Source: an uncultured Gemmatimonadales bacterium (GTDB taxonomy: Bacteria; Gemmatimonadota; Gemmatimonadetes; Longimicrobiales; Gaopeijiaceae). Taken from it: a stretch of DNA of 64,000 nucleotides. The notes under the pieces are model-generated. The model saw only the letters and a program-made list of their open reading frames with translations. It did not search any database and was not told the origin of the DNA. Where the stretch lies: NCBI GenBank assembly GCA_963809895.1, contig CAWELD010000003.1:1152001-1216000 (forward strand). The letters are read 5' to 3'. Below, one piece after another: positions 18,748 to 26,545 of this stretch. Position numbers and translations under genes: made by a program. The stretch's first letter is position 1. Each line of letters begins with the position of its first letter.

Positions 18748-19007
18748 CGATCCTCTCCGAGCACCTCCATCAGGGCCGCCGTCAGAGCGTCCAGATCCAC
18801 CTGGTCACGTCGGGCCGCGTCACGCACGGGCACCTGCCCTCCGCAACAGGAATGGATGCCGAAGGCGTTGAAGACGTCCAGAGTTTCGGGGCGATCCTCG
18901 ATCAAGTCCGTCACTCGTCGCGCCTGAACGGTCTCGACCTGCGATACCTCCGCCGTCCTCTCGGCATCTGCGGCGGTGAGAGATCCGCGAAGAGAAGTCG
19001 TGGCCAT
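18744..19007 (-). CDS. Stand-alone DUF542 (ScdA/RIC N-terminal) protein
   Basis: VFNAFGIHSCCGG motif; GGAGGA RBS. Confidence 0.8.
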   Translation of the reverse strand: MATTSLRGSLTAADAERTAEVSQVETVQARRVTDLIEDRPETLDVFNAFGIHSCCGGQVPVRDAARRDQVDLDALTAALMEVLGEDR

Positions 19008-19037
19008 GGTTCGTCGGGTCCTCCGGGAGGGTCCGGG

Positions 19038-19069
19038 GATAAATTCGCATGTTGTTATGCGAATTTATC
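19038..19069. promoter_or_regulatory. Operator palindrome (Rrf2-like) upstream of DUF542 operon
   Basis: GATAAATTCGCAT-N6-ATGCGAATTTATC, a perfect 13-bp AT-rich inverted repeat. Confidence 0.65.
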
Positions 19070-19106
19070 ACGCCACCGTGACTTTGCACAGGGGTCGGGT
19101 GCGGCG

Positions 19107-19631
19107 TCAGTCCCGGGACGCCTCCGGAAGCAGCCGCTCGACGACGACCACATCGCGCCATTCGCCGTCCAGACGGCCGTGGCGGTGGTAGACCCCCACC
19201 TCACGGAACCCGTGGCGGGCACAGAGCACGCGCGACGCCCGGTTCCCGGTGAAGATCCTCGCGACGATCTTCCAGAGGCCGGCCGAGGCACAGGCCTCGA
19301 TGAATGCGCTCATGAGCACACTGCCGACGCCGTGGCCACGGGCGTCCCGGCTCACGTACACCGAGAAGTCCACGATCCCGTCGTAGCACGCCCGGTTCCG
19401 ATACGCGAAGGCGGCGATCCACCCCTGGACCGCGCCGCCTCGAAGCGCCACCAGCACCGGACGGCGTGGATCCTCGAGCCAGCGCGCGACCTCCCATGCC
19501 TCCCGGGGCCGCGTCTCGAAGGTGGCCACCCGGTCGGCGATTCCTTCGTTGTAGATGCGCGTCATGGCATCGACGTGCTCCGGCCGGGCGGGTATCACCG
19601 CCCACGTGCCATTCATCATCCCGCCCCTCAC
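19107..19631 (-). CDS. GNAT N-acetyltransferase (phosphinothricin/ArsN1-like)
   Basis: IYNEGIADRVATFET, SVYV..ARGHGVG, GFREVG..HGRLDGEWRDV. Confidence 0.85.
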   Translation of the reverse strand: MRGGMMNGTWAVIPARPEHVDAMTRIYNEGIADRVATFETRPREAWEVARWLEDPRRPVLVALRGGAVQGWIAAFAYRNRACYDGIVDFSVYVSRDARGHGVGSVLMSAFIEACASAGLWKIVARIFTGNRASRVLCARHGFREVGVYHRHGRLDGEWRDVVVVERLLPEASRD

Positions 19632-20959
19632 GTCGGATCGTCGATCCCGTACTCCTTCATCTTACGCCAGAGTGTGGTGCGGCCCATGCCCAGAATCTCG
19701 GCGGCTCGCACTCGCACGCCGTCCGCCTCGCGCAGCGCCCTCACGATGGCGCTGCGCTCGTCCTCGTCGCCACCCTCGTGCCGGTAGCGCTCCTCCTCGC
19801 GCGGCGAGTCGCCCCCATCGCGCACACTCTGCGGAAGGTGATGCGCCTGGATCGAACCACCTTCGGCCCGGATCAACGCGCTCTCCAGCGCCGAGAAGAG
19901 CTCGCGGACGTTCCCGGGCCACCGGTGCGCCAGGAGCGTGCGCATGGCCAGGGGAGACAGCGAGGGCGGCCATCCCCCGCCGGCGCGCTGCCGCAGATAG
20001 TGCTCCACGAGCAGGGGGATGTCGCCCCGGCGCTCGCGGAGCGCGGGCATGTGGATCCGGAACACGTTGAGGCGGAAGAAGAGGTCCTCCCGGAGCCGCC
20101 CCACCTCCACGGCTTCTCCCAGGTCGCGATGGGTGGCCGCCACCAAGCGCACGTCCACGCGCACCGGACGGCTGGTTCCGAGGGGAACGACCTCCCGCTC
20201 CTGCAGCACGCGCAGGAGGCGCTGCTGGACCCCTGCCGACACGTCTCCGATCTCGTCCAGGAAGAGCGTGCCGCCGTGAGCGGCACGAAAATGACCGGCT
20301 CGTTCCTTCACCGCTCCGGTGAAGGCGCCGCGGACGTGCCCGAACAGCTCCGACTCCAGCACCCCCTCGGCCAGGGCCGCGCAGTTGACGGCCACGAAGG
20401 GACCCGACGAGTGCTCCGACAGCCGGTGCACCGCTCGGGCAGCGAGTTCCTTGCCGGTGCCGGTCTCACCGGTGAGCAGGACGGTGGTATCGGCGCGGGC
20501 CACCCGCCTGATTTCCTGAAACGTCTCCTCCATGACCGTCGAGCGGCCCACCATGCCCAGCTCCGCCCCCCCGTCGTCGCCGCCGCTCGGCTGGGGTCGA
20601 CGCCGCAGCAGGCCGTCCACGCGATCGAGCAGCACTTCCGGCTCCACCGGCTTGGTGAGGAAGTCGTCCACGCCGGAGTGGAGCGCCCGTACGGCGGAGT
20701 CCACGGTGCCGAACCCCGACACCATCAGCACCGGCGTGGCGCGACCCCGCGTGCGCAGCACCTCCACCACGTCGATCCCGTCGGGGCCGGGCATGCGGAG
20801 GTCCATGAGGATGAGGTCGAAGCGGCCCTCTTCCAGGGCGCGCACAGCCTCCGAGCCGTCGGCGGCTCCCACCACGACGTGACCTTCGCCCTCCAGGAGG
20901 GCCGCGGTGGAGAGCCTGAAGGCCCGATCGTCGTCTACGACGAGGATTCGTCCGGACAT
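19628..20959 (-). CDS. Sigma54-dependent response regulator (NtrC family)
   Basis: Receiver domain, GETGTGKE, GAFTGA, FLDEIG, WPGNVREL, Fis-type HTH. Confidence 0.95.
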   Translation of the reverse strand: MSGRILVVDDDRAFRLSTAALLEGEGHVVVGAADGSEAVRALEEGRFDLILMDLRMPGPDGIDVVEVLRTRGRATPVLMVSGFGTVDSAVRALHSGVDDFLTKPVEPEVLLDRVDGLLRRRPQPSGGDDGGAELGMVGRSTVMEETFQEIRRVARADTTVLLTGETGTGKELAARAVHRLSEHSSGPFVAVNCAALAEGVLESELFGHVRGAFTGAVKERAGHFRAAHGGTLFLDEIGDVSAGVQQRLLRVLQEREVVPLGTSRPVRVDVRLVAATHRDLGEAVEVGRLREDLFFRLNVFRIHMPALRERRGDIPLLVEHYLRQRAGGGWPPSLSPLAMRTLLAHRWPGNVRELFSALESALIRAEGGSIQAHHLPQSVRDGGDSPREEERYRHEGGDEDERSAIVRALREADGVRVRAAEILGMGRTTLWRKMKEYGIDDPT

Positions 20960-22683
20960 GGCGCGGCAGGAAGGTGGATGACGAAGCGGGCACCGGGACC
21001 GTCCTGACGGTTGGACGCCTCGATGCGGCCGCCGTGGGTGCGGACCAGCCCTTCGGCCGTGAACAGCCCCAGCCCGACGCCGTGCATGTCGCCCTTGGTG
21101 CTGAAGAAGGGATCGAAGACGCGGGACAGGGCCTCCTGCGGAATCCCCGGACCCCGATCCAGAACCTCGATGCGGGGGCCGTCGGCATCGCCGATGACCA
21201 CCTCGACGGGCCCCCCGTCGTTCGTGACCTCCTGGGCGTTCAGGATGAGGTTCAGCAGGACCTGCTTCAGGGCGTCCGGTGGCATGGCTGCCCCGAGGCC
21301 CTCGCCTCCGATGACCGATACTGAGGCGTGACCGTTTTCGGCACCCGCCCGGGCCAGGGAGGCCGTCTCGCGCGCCACCGCCCCCACATCGCAGGAATCC
21401 TCGTCGGACCCTCGCGGCCGGTGGAGATCCAGCATGCGCTCGGCCAGCTCGTGCATGCGCAGCAGCTCGTCCACCGCCATGTCGGCGAAGACACGGGCTT
21501 CGTCGCGCAGATCCCCGCTCCGGCGCACCACCTCCAGGCAGTTGCGCACGCTGGCCACCGGATTGCGGATCTCGTGCGCCAGCTGCTGGAGGACCCGCCC
21601 CGTGGCCGAGGCCCGCTCCCGCTGCACCAGCTCGGCCTGGAGGAGGGAGAGCCGCTCCTGCCGGTCCGCCAACTCGCGGTTGGCCCGTTCCAGCTCCGCC
21701 AGGCGGGACGCCAGCGTCTGACGCATGGCCATGAAGGCGTCGGCCACGCGGCGCACTTCTTTCACGCGGGACCGAACCAGGGGAGCGTCCTCGTCACCCG
21801 CGGCGAAACGGTCGGCCGCAGCCGCCAGCGAGGCCACGGGCCGGGACAGACCCATGGCGAACAGGATCCCCACGGCCAGGGCCACCAGCGCCGCGAGGGC
21901 CGTGCTCACCACGGCGGTCCGTCTCAGCACCGGAAGCACCGCCAACTCGGTGTCCTGGTCCCGGAGGAAAGCCACCGTGCCGGCATCCACCGCGGACACC
22001 GCCGCCAGGTAGGTATGGCCGGCGGCCTGGACGCTCTGCACGTCTTCAGGGTGCTCGGGCACCGCGAGCTCCCGGGCCAGGACCTCGGCGGTGGCGGGCG
22101 GAAGGGTGGTGGCCGCCACCGCGCCCGCGTCGTCGCGAAGCACGATGTCCGACCGGGTCAGACCCGCGAGAGCCGTGGCCTCGTCGGCTCCCCAGGCGGT
22201 GCTTCCTCCGGCGGCGCCGAGCCAGGTGTCGCCGTCGGCAATCGGCGCCAGCGCCAACAGGTGGAGCTGCCCGCCACCCGCCACCACCTCCACCGGCATC
22301 TCTCCGCGGCGCGTGGCCGCCAGCATCGGCTCGGGGATCTCCACGGGCGTCATCAAGGCGCTGCCCTCGGGCCCCACCAGGACCGGATCCTCTCCAACAG
22401 CGCGCGCGGCATCCACGAGCACCCGCTCGGCATCCGCACCGTCACCCCGGGCCAGCGCCGACGCCAGCTCGGGCATGTGCGCCATCTCCTTCGCGTGCAT
22501 CATGCGCACGTCGCGCACCGACGCCATGCGGTCGTCCAGGACCATGTGGGCCCGGCCGAGGTCCTCCCTGGCCCGTTGGATCAGGGCATCGCCCAGCCGC
22601 CGCTCCACCAGCAGGCCGGCGGGAATCAGGCCCGTTGCCAGAACGGCCAGGATCAGGAAGATGAGCGCGCGTCTGAGAGACAT
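20935..22683 (-). CDS. Membrane sensor histidine kinase (periplasmic domain + HAMP)
   Basis: Two TM segments, AHEIRNP H-box, NLILNA, DRGPGI, FDPFFSTK, GLGL. Confidence 0.93.
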   Translation of the reverse strand: MSLRRALIFLILAVLATGLIPAGLLVERRLGDALIQRAREDLGRAHMVLDDRMASVRDVRMMHAKEMAHMPELASALARGDGADAERVLVDAARAVGEDPVLVGPEGSALMTPVEIPEPMLAATRRGEMPVEVVAGGGQLHLLALAPIADGDTWLGAAGGSTAWGADEATALAGLTRSDIVLRDDAGAVAATTLPPATAEVLARELAVPEHPEDVQSVQAAGHTYLAAVSAVDAGTVAFLRDQDTELAVLPVLRRTAVVSTALAALVALAVGILFAMGLSRPVASLAAAADRFAAGDEDAPLVRSRVKEVRRVADAFMAMRQTLASRLAELERANRELADRQERLSLLQAELVQRERASATGRVLQQLAHEIRNPVASVRNCLEVVRRSGDLRDEARVFADMAVDELLRMHELAERMLDLHRPRGSDEDSCDVGAVARETASLARAGAENGHASVSVIGGEGLGAAMPPDALKQVLLNLILNAQEVTNDGGPVEVVIGDADGPRIEVLDRGPGIPQEALSRVFDPFFSTKGDMHGVGLGLFTAEGLVRTHGGRIEASNRQDGPGARFVIHLPAAPCPDESSS

Positions 22684-22846
22684 GGATTCACGGGAATGTT
22701 GAACGCTGCCGATGCTTCAGCCTCGGCTTCACAGCGGGACGGTGCAAGTTCCGCACACAGCCGACCGGAAGGGGCGGGAGCGCTGGGAATGGCGCAGCGA
22801 CACGCCACGAAGCCCGCTGGGCGGCGAATCCGCGGCCCTCGCGGCG

Positions 22847-22906
22847 CGTTTCACGAAACGGCCTCCACGTTCCGTGACACGTTCCACGGAACGGCGTCAG
22901 ACGTGC
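22847..22906 (+). promoter_or_regulatory. Three CGTTYC-N2-GRMACG dyads plus a weak sigma54-like GG-N10-GC element
   Basis: CGTTTCACGAAACG (22847), CGTTCCGTGACACG (22868), CGTTCCACGGAACG (22880); CGGCGTCAGACGTGC at 22892-22906. Confidence 0.5.
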
Positions 22907-23014
22907 CTTTTCGACGGACCAGGTGTACGGACTGGTCACTGTTGCCGTCCTGCGCTCCAGCGTGATCGGCGACGGAGACGGCAGGGCGGCTCCCCCGAAC
23001 CAGAGGAGGAGTCG

Positions 23015-24436
23015 ATGACCGCCCTCACCCTGCTCTCGCTTCTGGGCCTGAGCGCCTCCCCGGCCTGGGCCGGTGCCGCCGCGCCTGCGCCGACCACGGC
23101 CGAGGCCCGAGTGACCCGCTATCTCCACCGTCTGTCGGTCGAAACCGGCCGCGCCGTCGTCGCCCCGTCGACACCGATCCCCAGCTTCTCCCGCCAGACC
23201 GGGCTGGCCTGCACCGCGTGCCATTCCACGTTCCCACAACTCAATGCCTTCGGGCGGCTGTTCAAGATGAACGGCTATACGCTGGCGGCTCAGCAGACCA
23301 TCCAGGTCCAGGATTCCGGCAAAGCCGCCTCGCTTCGTCTGGACCTGGTCCCGCCCGTGTCTGCCATGGTGATCTCGTCGCTGACCTCGATACGGCGAAG
23401 CGTGCCCGGACAGCAGAACGGGTCCACGGCGTTCCCCCAGGAGCTGGGACTGTTCATCGGTGAAGCCATCACGCCCAGGCTCGGGACCTTCCTGCAACTG
23501 ACCTACGACCCCGCCGAGGGAGGCGTGAGCATCGACAACGCGGACATTCGGTTCGCGAACCAGACCTCGGTGGGGAGCGTCGGGCTCCTCTACGGGGTCA
23601 CCCTGAACAACTCGCCCACCGTCCAGGACGTCTGGAACAGCACTCCGGTGTGGGGCTATCCGTTCACCGGCTCCGACGTGGCGCCGGCCCCCATGGCGGC
23701 CACGCTGATCGACGGAGGCCTGGGCCAGCGGGTCGCAGGGCTCGGTGCCTATGGGCTCTGGAACAGCCTGCTCTACACCGAGTTCAGCGTCTACCGTTCG
23801 GCGTTCCAGGGCGGTCCCGACCCCGTCGATGCCAGTGCCGAAGACGCCATCCACGGCGTCGCTCCGTACTGGCGCGTCGCGATCCAACGGCGGGTGGGCC
23901 GCCAGCAGCTCATGATCGGAACCTACGGGCTCCACGCGCGCCTGGTGCCCGCCGGCTTCGCGGGTCCCTATGACCGCTACACCGACATCGCGTTGGATGC
24001 GCAGCTCGACCGTCCGATGCACGGCGGGGGCAGCCTGACGGCACACGCGACATGGATCCACGAGCGCCGGAGGCTTACCGCGACGGCTCTCGCAGGTGGG
24101 GCGGAGCGAGCCCGGAACACTCTGCAGACGGCCCGGGTCGACGCCACCTGGTATCCCGGTCGACGGATCGGAGGAAGCCTGGGGTACTTCACGACCTGGG
24201 GCGACCGCGATCCCCTGCTCTACCCAACGGGCGACTTCTCCGGCAGCGCCACGGGCAGCCCGGACAGCAGCGGTCTGGTGGCTCAGCTGTCGTTCATGCC
24301 GTGGCTCAATACGCGCCTCGGCGTCCAGTACGTGGCCTACACGCGCTTCAACGGCGCGCGCCGCGACTACGACGGAAGCGGGCGCAACGCCAGCGACAAC
24401 GACGCCCTCTACCTCATGTCGTGGTTCGTCTTCTGA
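23015..24436 (+). CDS. cyc2: Cyc2-type fused monoheme cytochrome c-porin (outer membrane)
   Basis: GAGGAGG RBS; signal peptide; PSFSRQTGLACTACHSTFPQLNAFGRLFKMNGY; NNSPTVQDVWN; beta-strand-rich body ending SWFVF. Confidence 0.85.
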   Translation: MTALTLLSLLGLSASPAWAGAAAPAPTTAEARVTRYLHRLSVETGRAVVAPSTPIPSFSRQTGLACTACHSTFPQLNAFGRLFKMNGYTLAAQQTIQVQDSGKAASLRLDLVPPVSAMVISSLTSIRRSVPGQQNGSTAFPQELGLFIGEAITPRLGTFLQLTYDPAEGGVSIDNADIRFANQTSVGSVGLLYGVTLNNSPTVQDVWNSTPVWGYPFTGSDVAPAPMAATLIDGGLGQRVAGLGAYGLWNSLLYTEFSVYRSAFQGGPDPVDASAEDAIHGVAPYWRVAIQRRVGRQQLMIGTYGLHARLVPAGFAGPYDRYTDIALDAQLDRPMHGGGSLTAHATWIHERRRLTATALAGGAERARNTLQTARVDATWYPGRRIGGSLGYFTTWGDRDPLLYPTGDFSGSATGSPDSSGLVAQLSFMPWLNTRLGVQYVAYTRFNGARRDYDGSGRNASDNDALYLMSWFVF

Positions 24437-24455
24437 ACCCGCTGCCGGGTCGGTC

Positions 24456-25976
24456 TCAGCCCCCCGACCCGGCGTCCTCCTCCGCCAGGACGCTGCGCTT
24501 GCGTCCGTACCCGAGGTAGATGACGGCGCCCACGGCGAGCCAGACCACGAAGCGGACCCAGGTGACCGTGGGCAACTGGACCATGAGGTAGACGCACGCA
24601 GCCACCGCCAGGAGGGGCGTGACGGGCACCCACGGCACCTTGAACGGGCGCTCGCGACCGGGCTCGCGGTAGCGCAGCACCAGCACGCCCAATGAGACCA
24701 GAACGAAGGCGAAGAGCGTGCCGATGTTGGTCAGTTCCACCATCTCGTTGATGTTGGCGAAGGCCGCCAGGCCCGCCACGAACACGCCCGTGAGAATCGT
24801 GGTGACATGAGGCGTGTGGAAGCGCGGATGAACCTTGCTCGCCCACTTCGGGAGCAGTCCGTCCCGCCCCATGGAGAAGAAAATGCGCGGCTGACCGTAC
24901 TGGAAGACCAGCAGCACCGAGGTCATGGCCACCACCGCTCCAGCCGAGATGAGCGTCTGCGAGACCGCCAGCAGCCGGGGGCTGCCCCCGGACAGCTCGA
25001 GCGCCGTCACCATGGGCTCCGCCGTGCCCAGCTCGTTCCACGGGGCCATCCCCGTCATGACCAGCCCCACCAGCAGATAGAGCACGGTACAGATCACCAG
25101 GCTCATGAGGATGCCGAAGGGCATGCTCGTCTGGGGATCCTTCGTCTCTTCCGCCGCCGTGGAGACCGCATCGAACCCGATGTAGGCGAAGAAGATGATG
25201 GCCGCCGCCGAACCGATCCCCTTCATGCCGTTGGGCGCGAAGCCGCCGTGTGACGTCAGGTTCCCCGGCCTGAACAGGGTGGCACCCACCAGCAGGAAGA
25301 AGCCGATGACGGCGAGCTTCAGAATCACGATGGCGAAGTTGAACCGGCTGGATTCCCGGGCGCCCCGGACGAGAAGCACCGTGAGCGCCGCCACGATGAG
25401 CACGGCCGGCAGGTTGATGATGATGGGAAAGCCCCCGATGTGGGGAGCCGATGCCATGGCGTCGGCCATCGGACCGCCCCCTCCGACGGCGCCGGCCGCG
25501 GTTCGATAGTCGGTGGCCAGCCAGGATGGAATGTGGATTCCGGCGTGACTCAGCAGGTCCACGAAGTACCCCGACCACGAGATCGCCACCGCCACGTTCC
25601 CGATGGCGTACTCGATGATGAGGTCCCAGCCGATGATCCAGGCCACCCACTCGCCCAGCGCCGCATAGGCGTAGGTGTACGCCGATCCGCTGACAGGCAC
25701 CATGGCGGCGAACTCCGCGTAGCAGAGCGCGGCCAGCCCACAGGCAACGGCGGTGAGCAGCATGGAGATCACGATGGCGGGGCCGGCCCCGAGGTGCTGT
25801 GAGCCTCCGGCGATGGCCGTGCCGGTCGTGGCGAAGATCCCGGCTCCGATGATCGCACCCACGCCCAGGAAGGTGAGGTCCCACCGACCCAGTTCCCTGC
25901 TGAGCCCACCCGATCGGGAGGCCTCCTCGCGCAGTCGGTCGATGCTCTTGCGGCGGCGTAGGTCGGTGATGGCCAT
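24456..25976 (-). CDS. APC-family amino acid permease
   Basis: GVGAIIGAGIF, GSAYTY, GWDLIIEY, FFAYIGFDAVST. Confidence 0.93.
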   Translation of the reverse strand: MAITDLRRRKSIDRLREEASRSGGLSRELGRWDLTFLGVGAIIGAGIFATTGTAIAGGSQHLGAGPAIVISMLLTAVACGLAALCYAEFAAMVPVSGSAYTYAYAALGEWVAWIIGWDLIIEYAIGNVAVAISWSGYFVDLLSHAGIHIPSWLATDYRTAAGAVGGGGPMADAMASAPHIGGFPIIINLPAVLIVAALTVLLVRGARESSRFNFAIVILKLAVIGFFLLVGATLFRPGNLTSHGGFAPNGMKGIGSAAAIIFFAYIGFDAVSTAAEETKDPQTSMPFGILMSLVICTVLYLLVGLVMTGMAPWNELGTAEPMVTALELSGGSPRLLAVSQTLISAGAVVAMTSVLLVFQYGQPRIFFSMGRDGLLPKWASKVHPRFHTPHVTTILTGVFVAGLAAFANINEMVELTNIGTLFAFVLVSLGVLVLRYREPGRERPFKVPWVPVTPLLAVAACVYLMVQLPTVTWVRFVVWLAVGAVIYLGYGRKRSVLAEEDAGSGG

Positions 25977-26073
25977 GACATGCTCTGTGAGGGAGGGTCG
26001 CGCCCCGGGGGCGCCCGCGCGAAGCGCTGATAATGTCCCGCGCCGAGCCGACCTGCAACGCATGCCGCCCGGG

Positions 26074-26132
26074 GCTGTCATTGACAGCTGAGGGGAACCA
26101 CTTCACTGTTGAGCTGTCCTCAGCAGCTGATA
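26074..26132 (+). promoter_or_regulatory. Promoter with putative PadR operator dyads
   Basis: GCTGTCA-T-TGACAGC overlapping TTGACA (26081); second dyad TCAGC-A-GCTGA (26120). Confidence 0.45.
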
Positions 26133-26197
26133 GCAACCCCCGCCGCCGGCGCTCGCAACGTCCGTGGCATCCTCCCTCCTTCGACTCCGGGTCACCC

Positions 26198-26545
26198 ATG
26201 GGCGGCATCGATTCCGACACCCTCTACGGAACCCTCAACATGCTCGTCTTGCGGGCCCTGGCGGACGAGGCGCTCCACGGCCTCGCCATCGCCCGCCGCA
26301 TCCACGAGGCGTCTCGGGAAGCGCTGACCGTGGGCGAGGGCGCTCTCTACCCGGCGCTGCATCGCATGGAGCGAGAGGGGTTGGTGCACGGCTCGTGGGG
26401 AATCTCCGACACCAGGAGGCGAGCCCGTTTCTACGCGCTCACGGACGAAGGCCGTCGCCGCCTGTCGGAAGAGACGCGTCGTTGGAGGGACCACGTCCAG
26501 GCGGTGGGCTCGGTGCTGGACCCGCGACCGGCCGACAGTCGGTGA
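26198..26545 (+). CDS. PadR-family transcriptional regulator (acidobacterial type)
   Basis: GTLNMLVL, HGLAIARRI, GALYPALHR, WG..RRARFY. Confidence 0.93.
   Translation: MGGIDSDTLYGTLNMLVLRALADEALHGLAIARRIHEASREALTVGEGALYPALHRMEREGLVHGSWGISDTRRRARFYALTDEGRRRLSEETRRWRDHVQAVGSVLDPRPADSR

Noticed and set aside
22933..22946. TGGTCACTGTTGC as a sigma54 promoter for cyc2
   Set aside because: GG-to-GC spacing is 8, not the required 10
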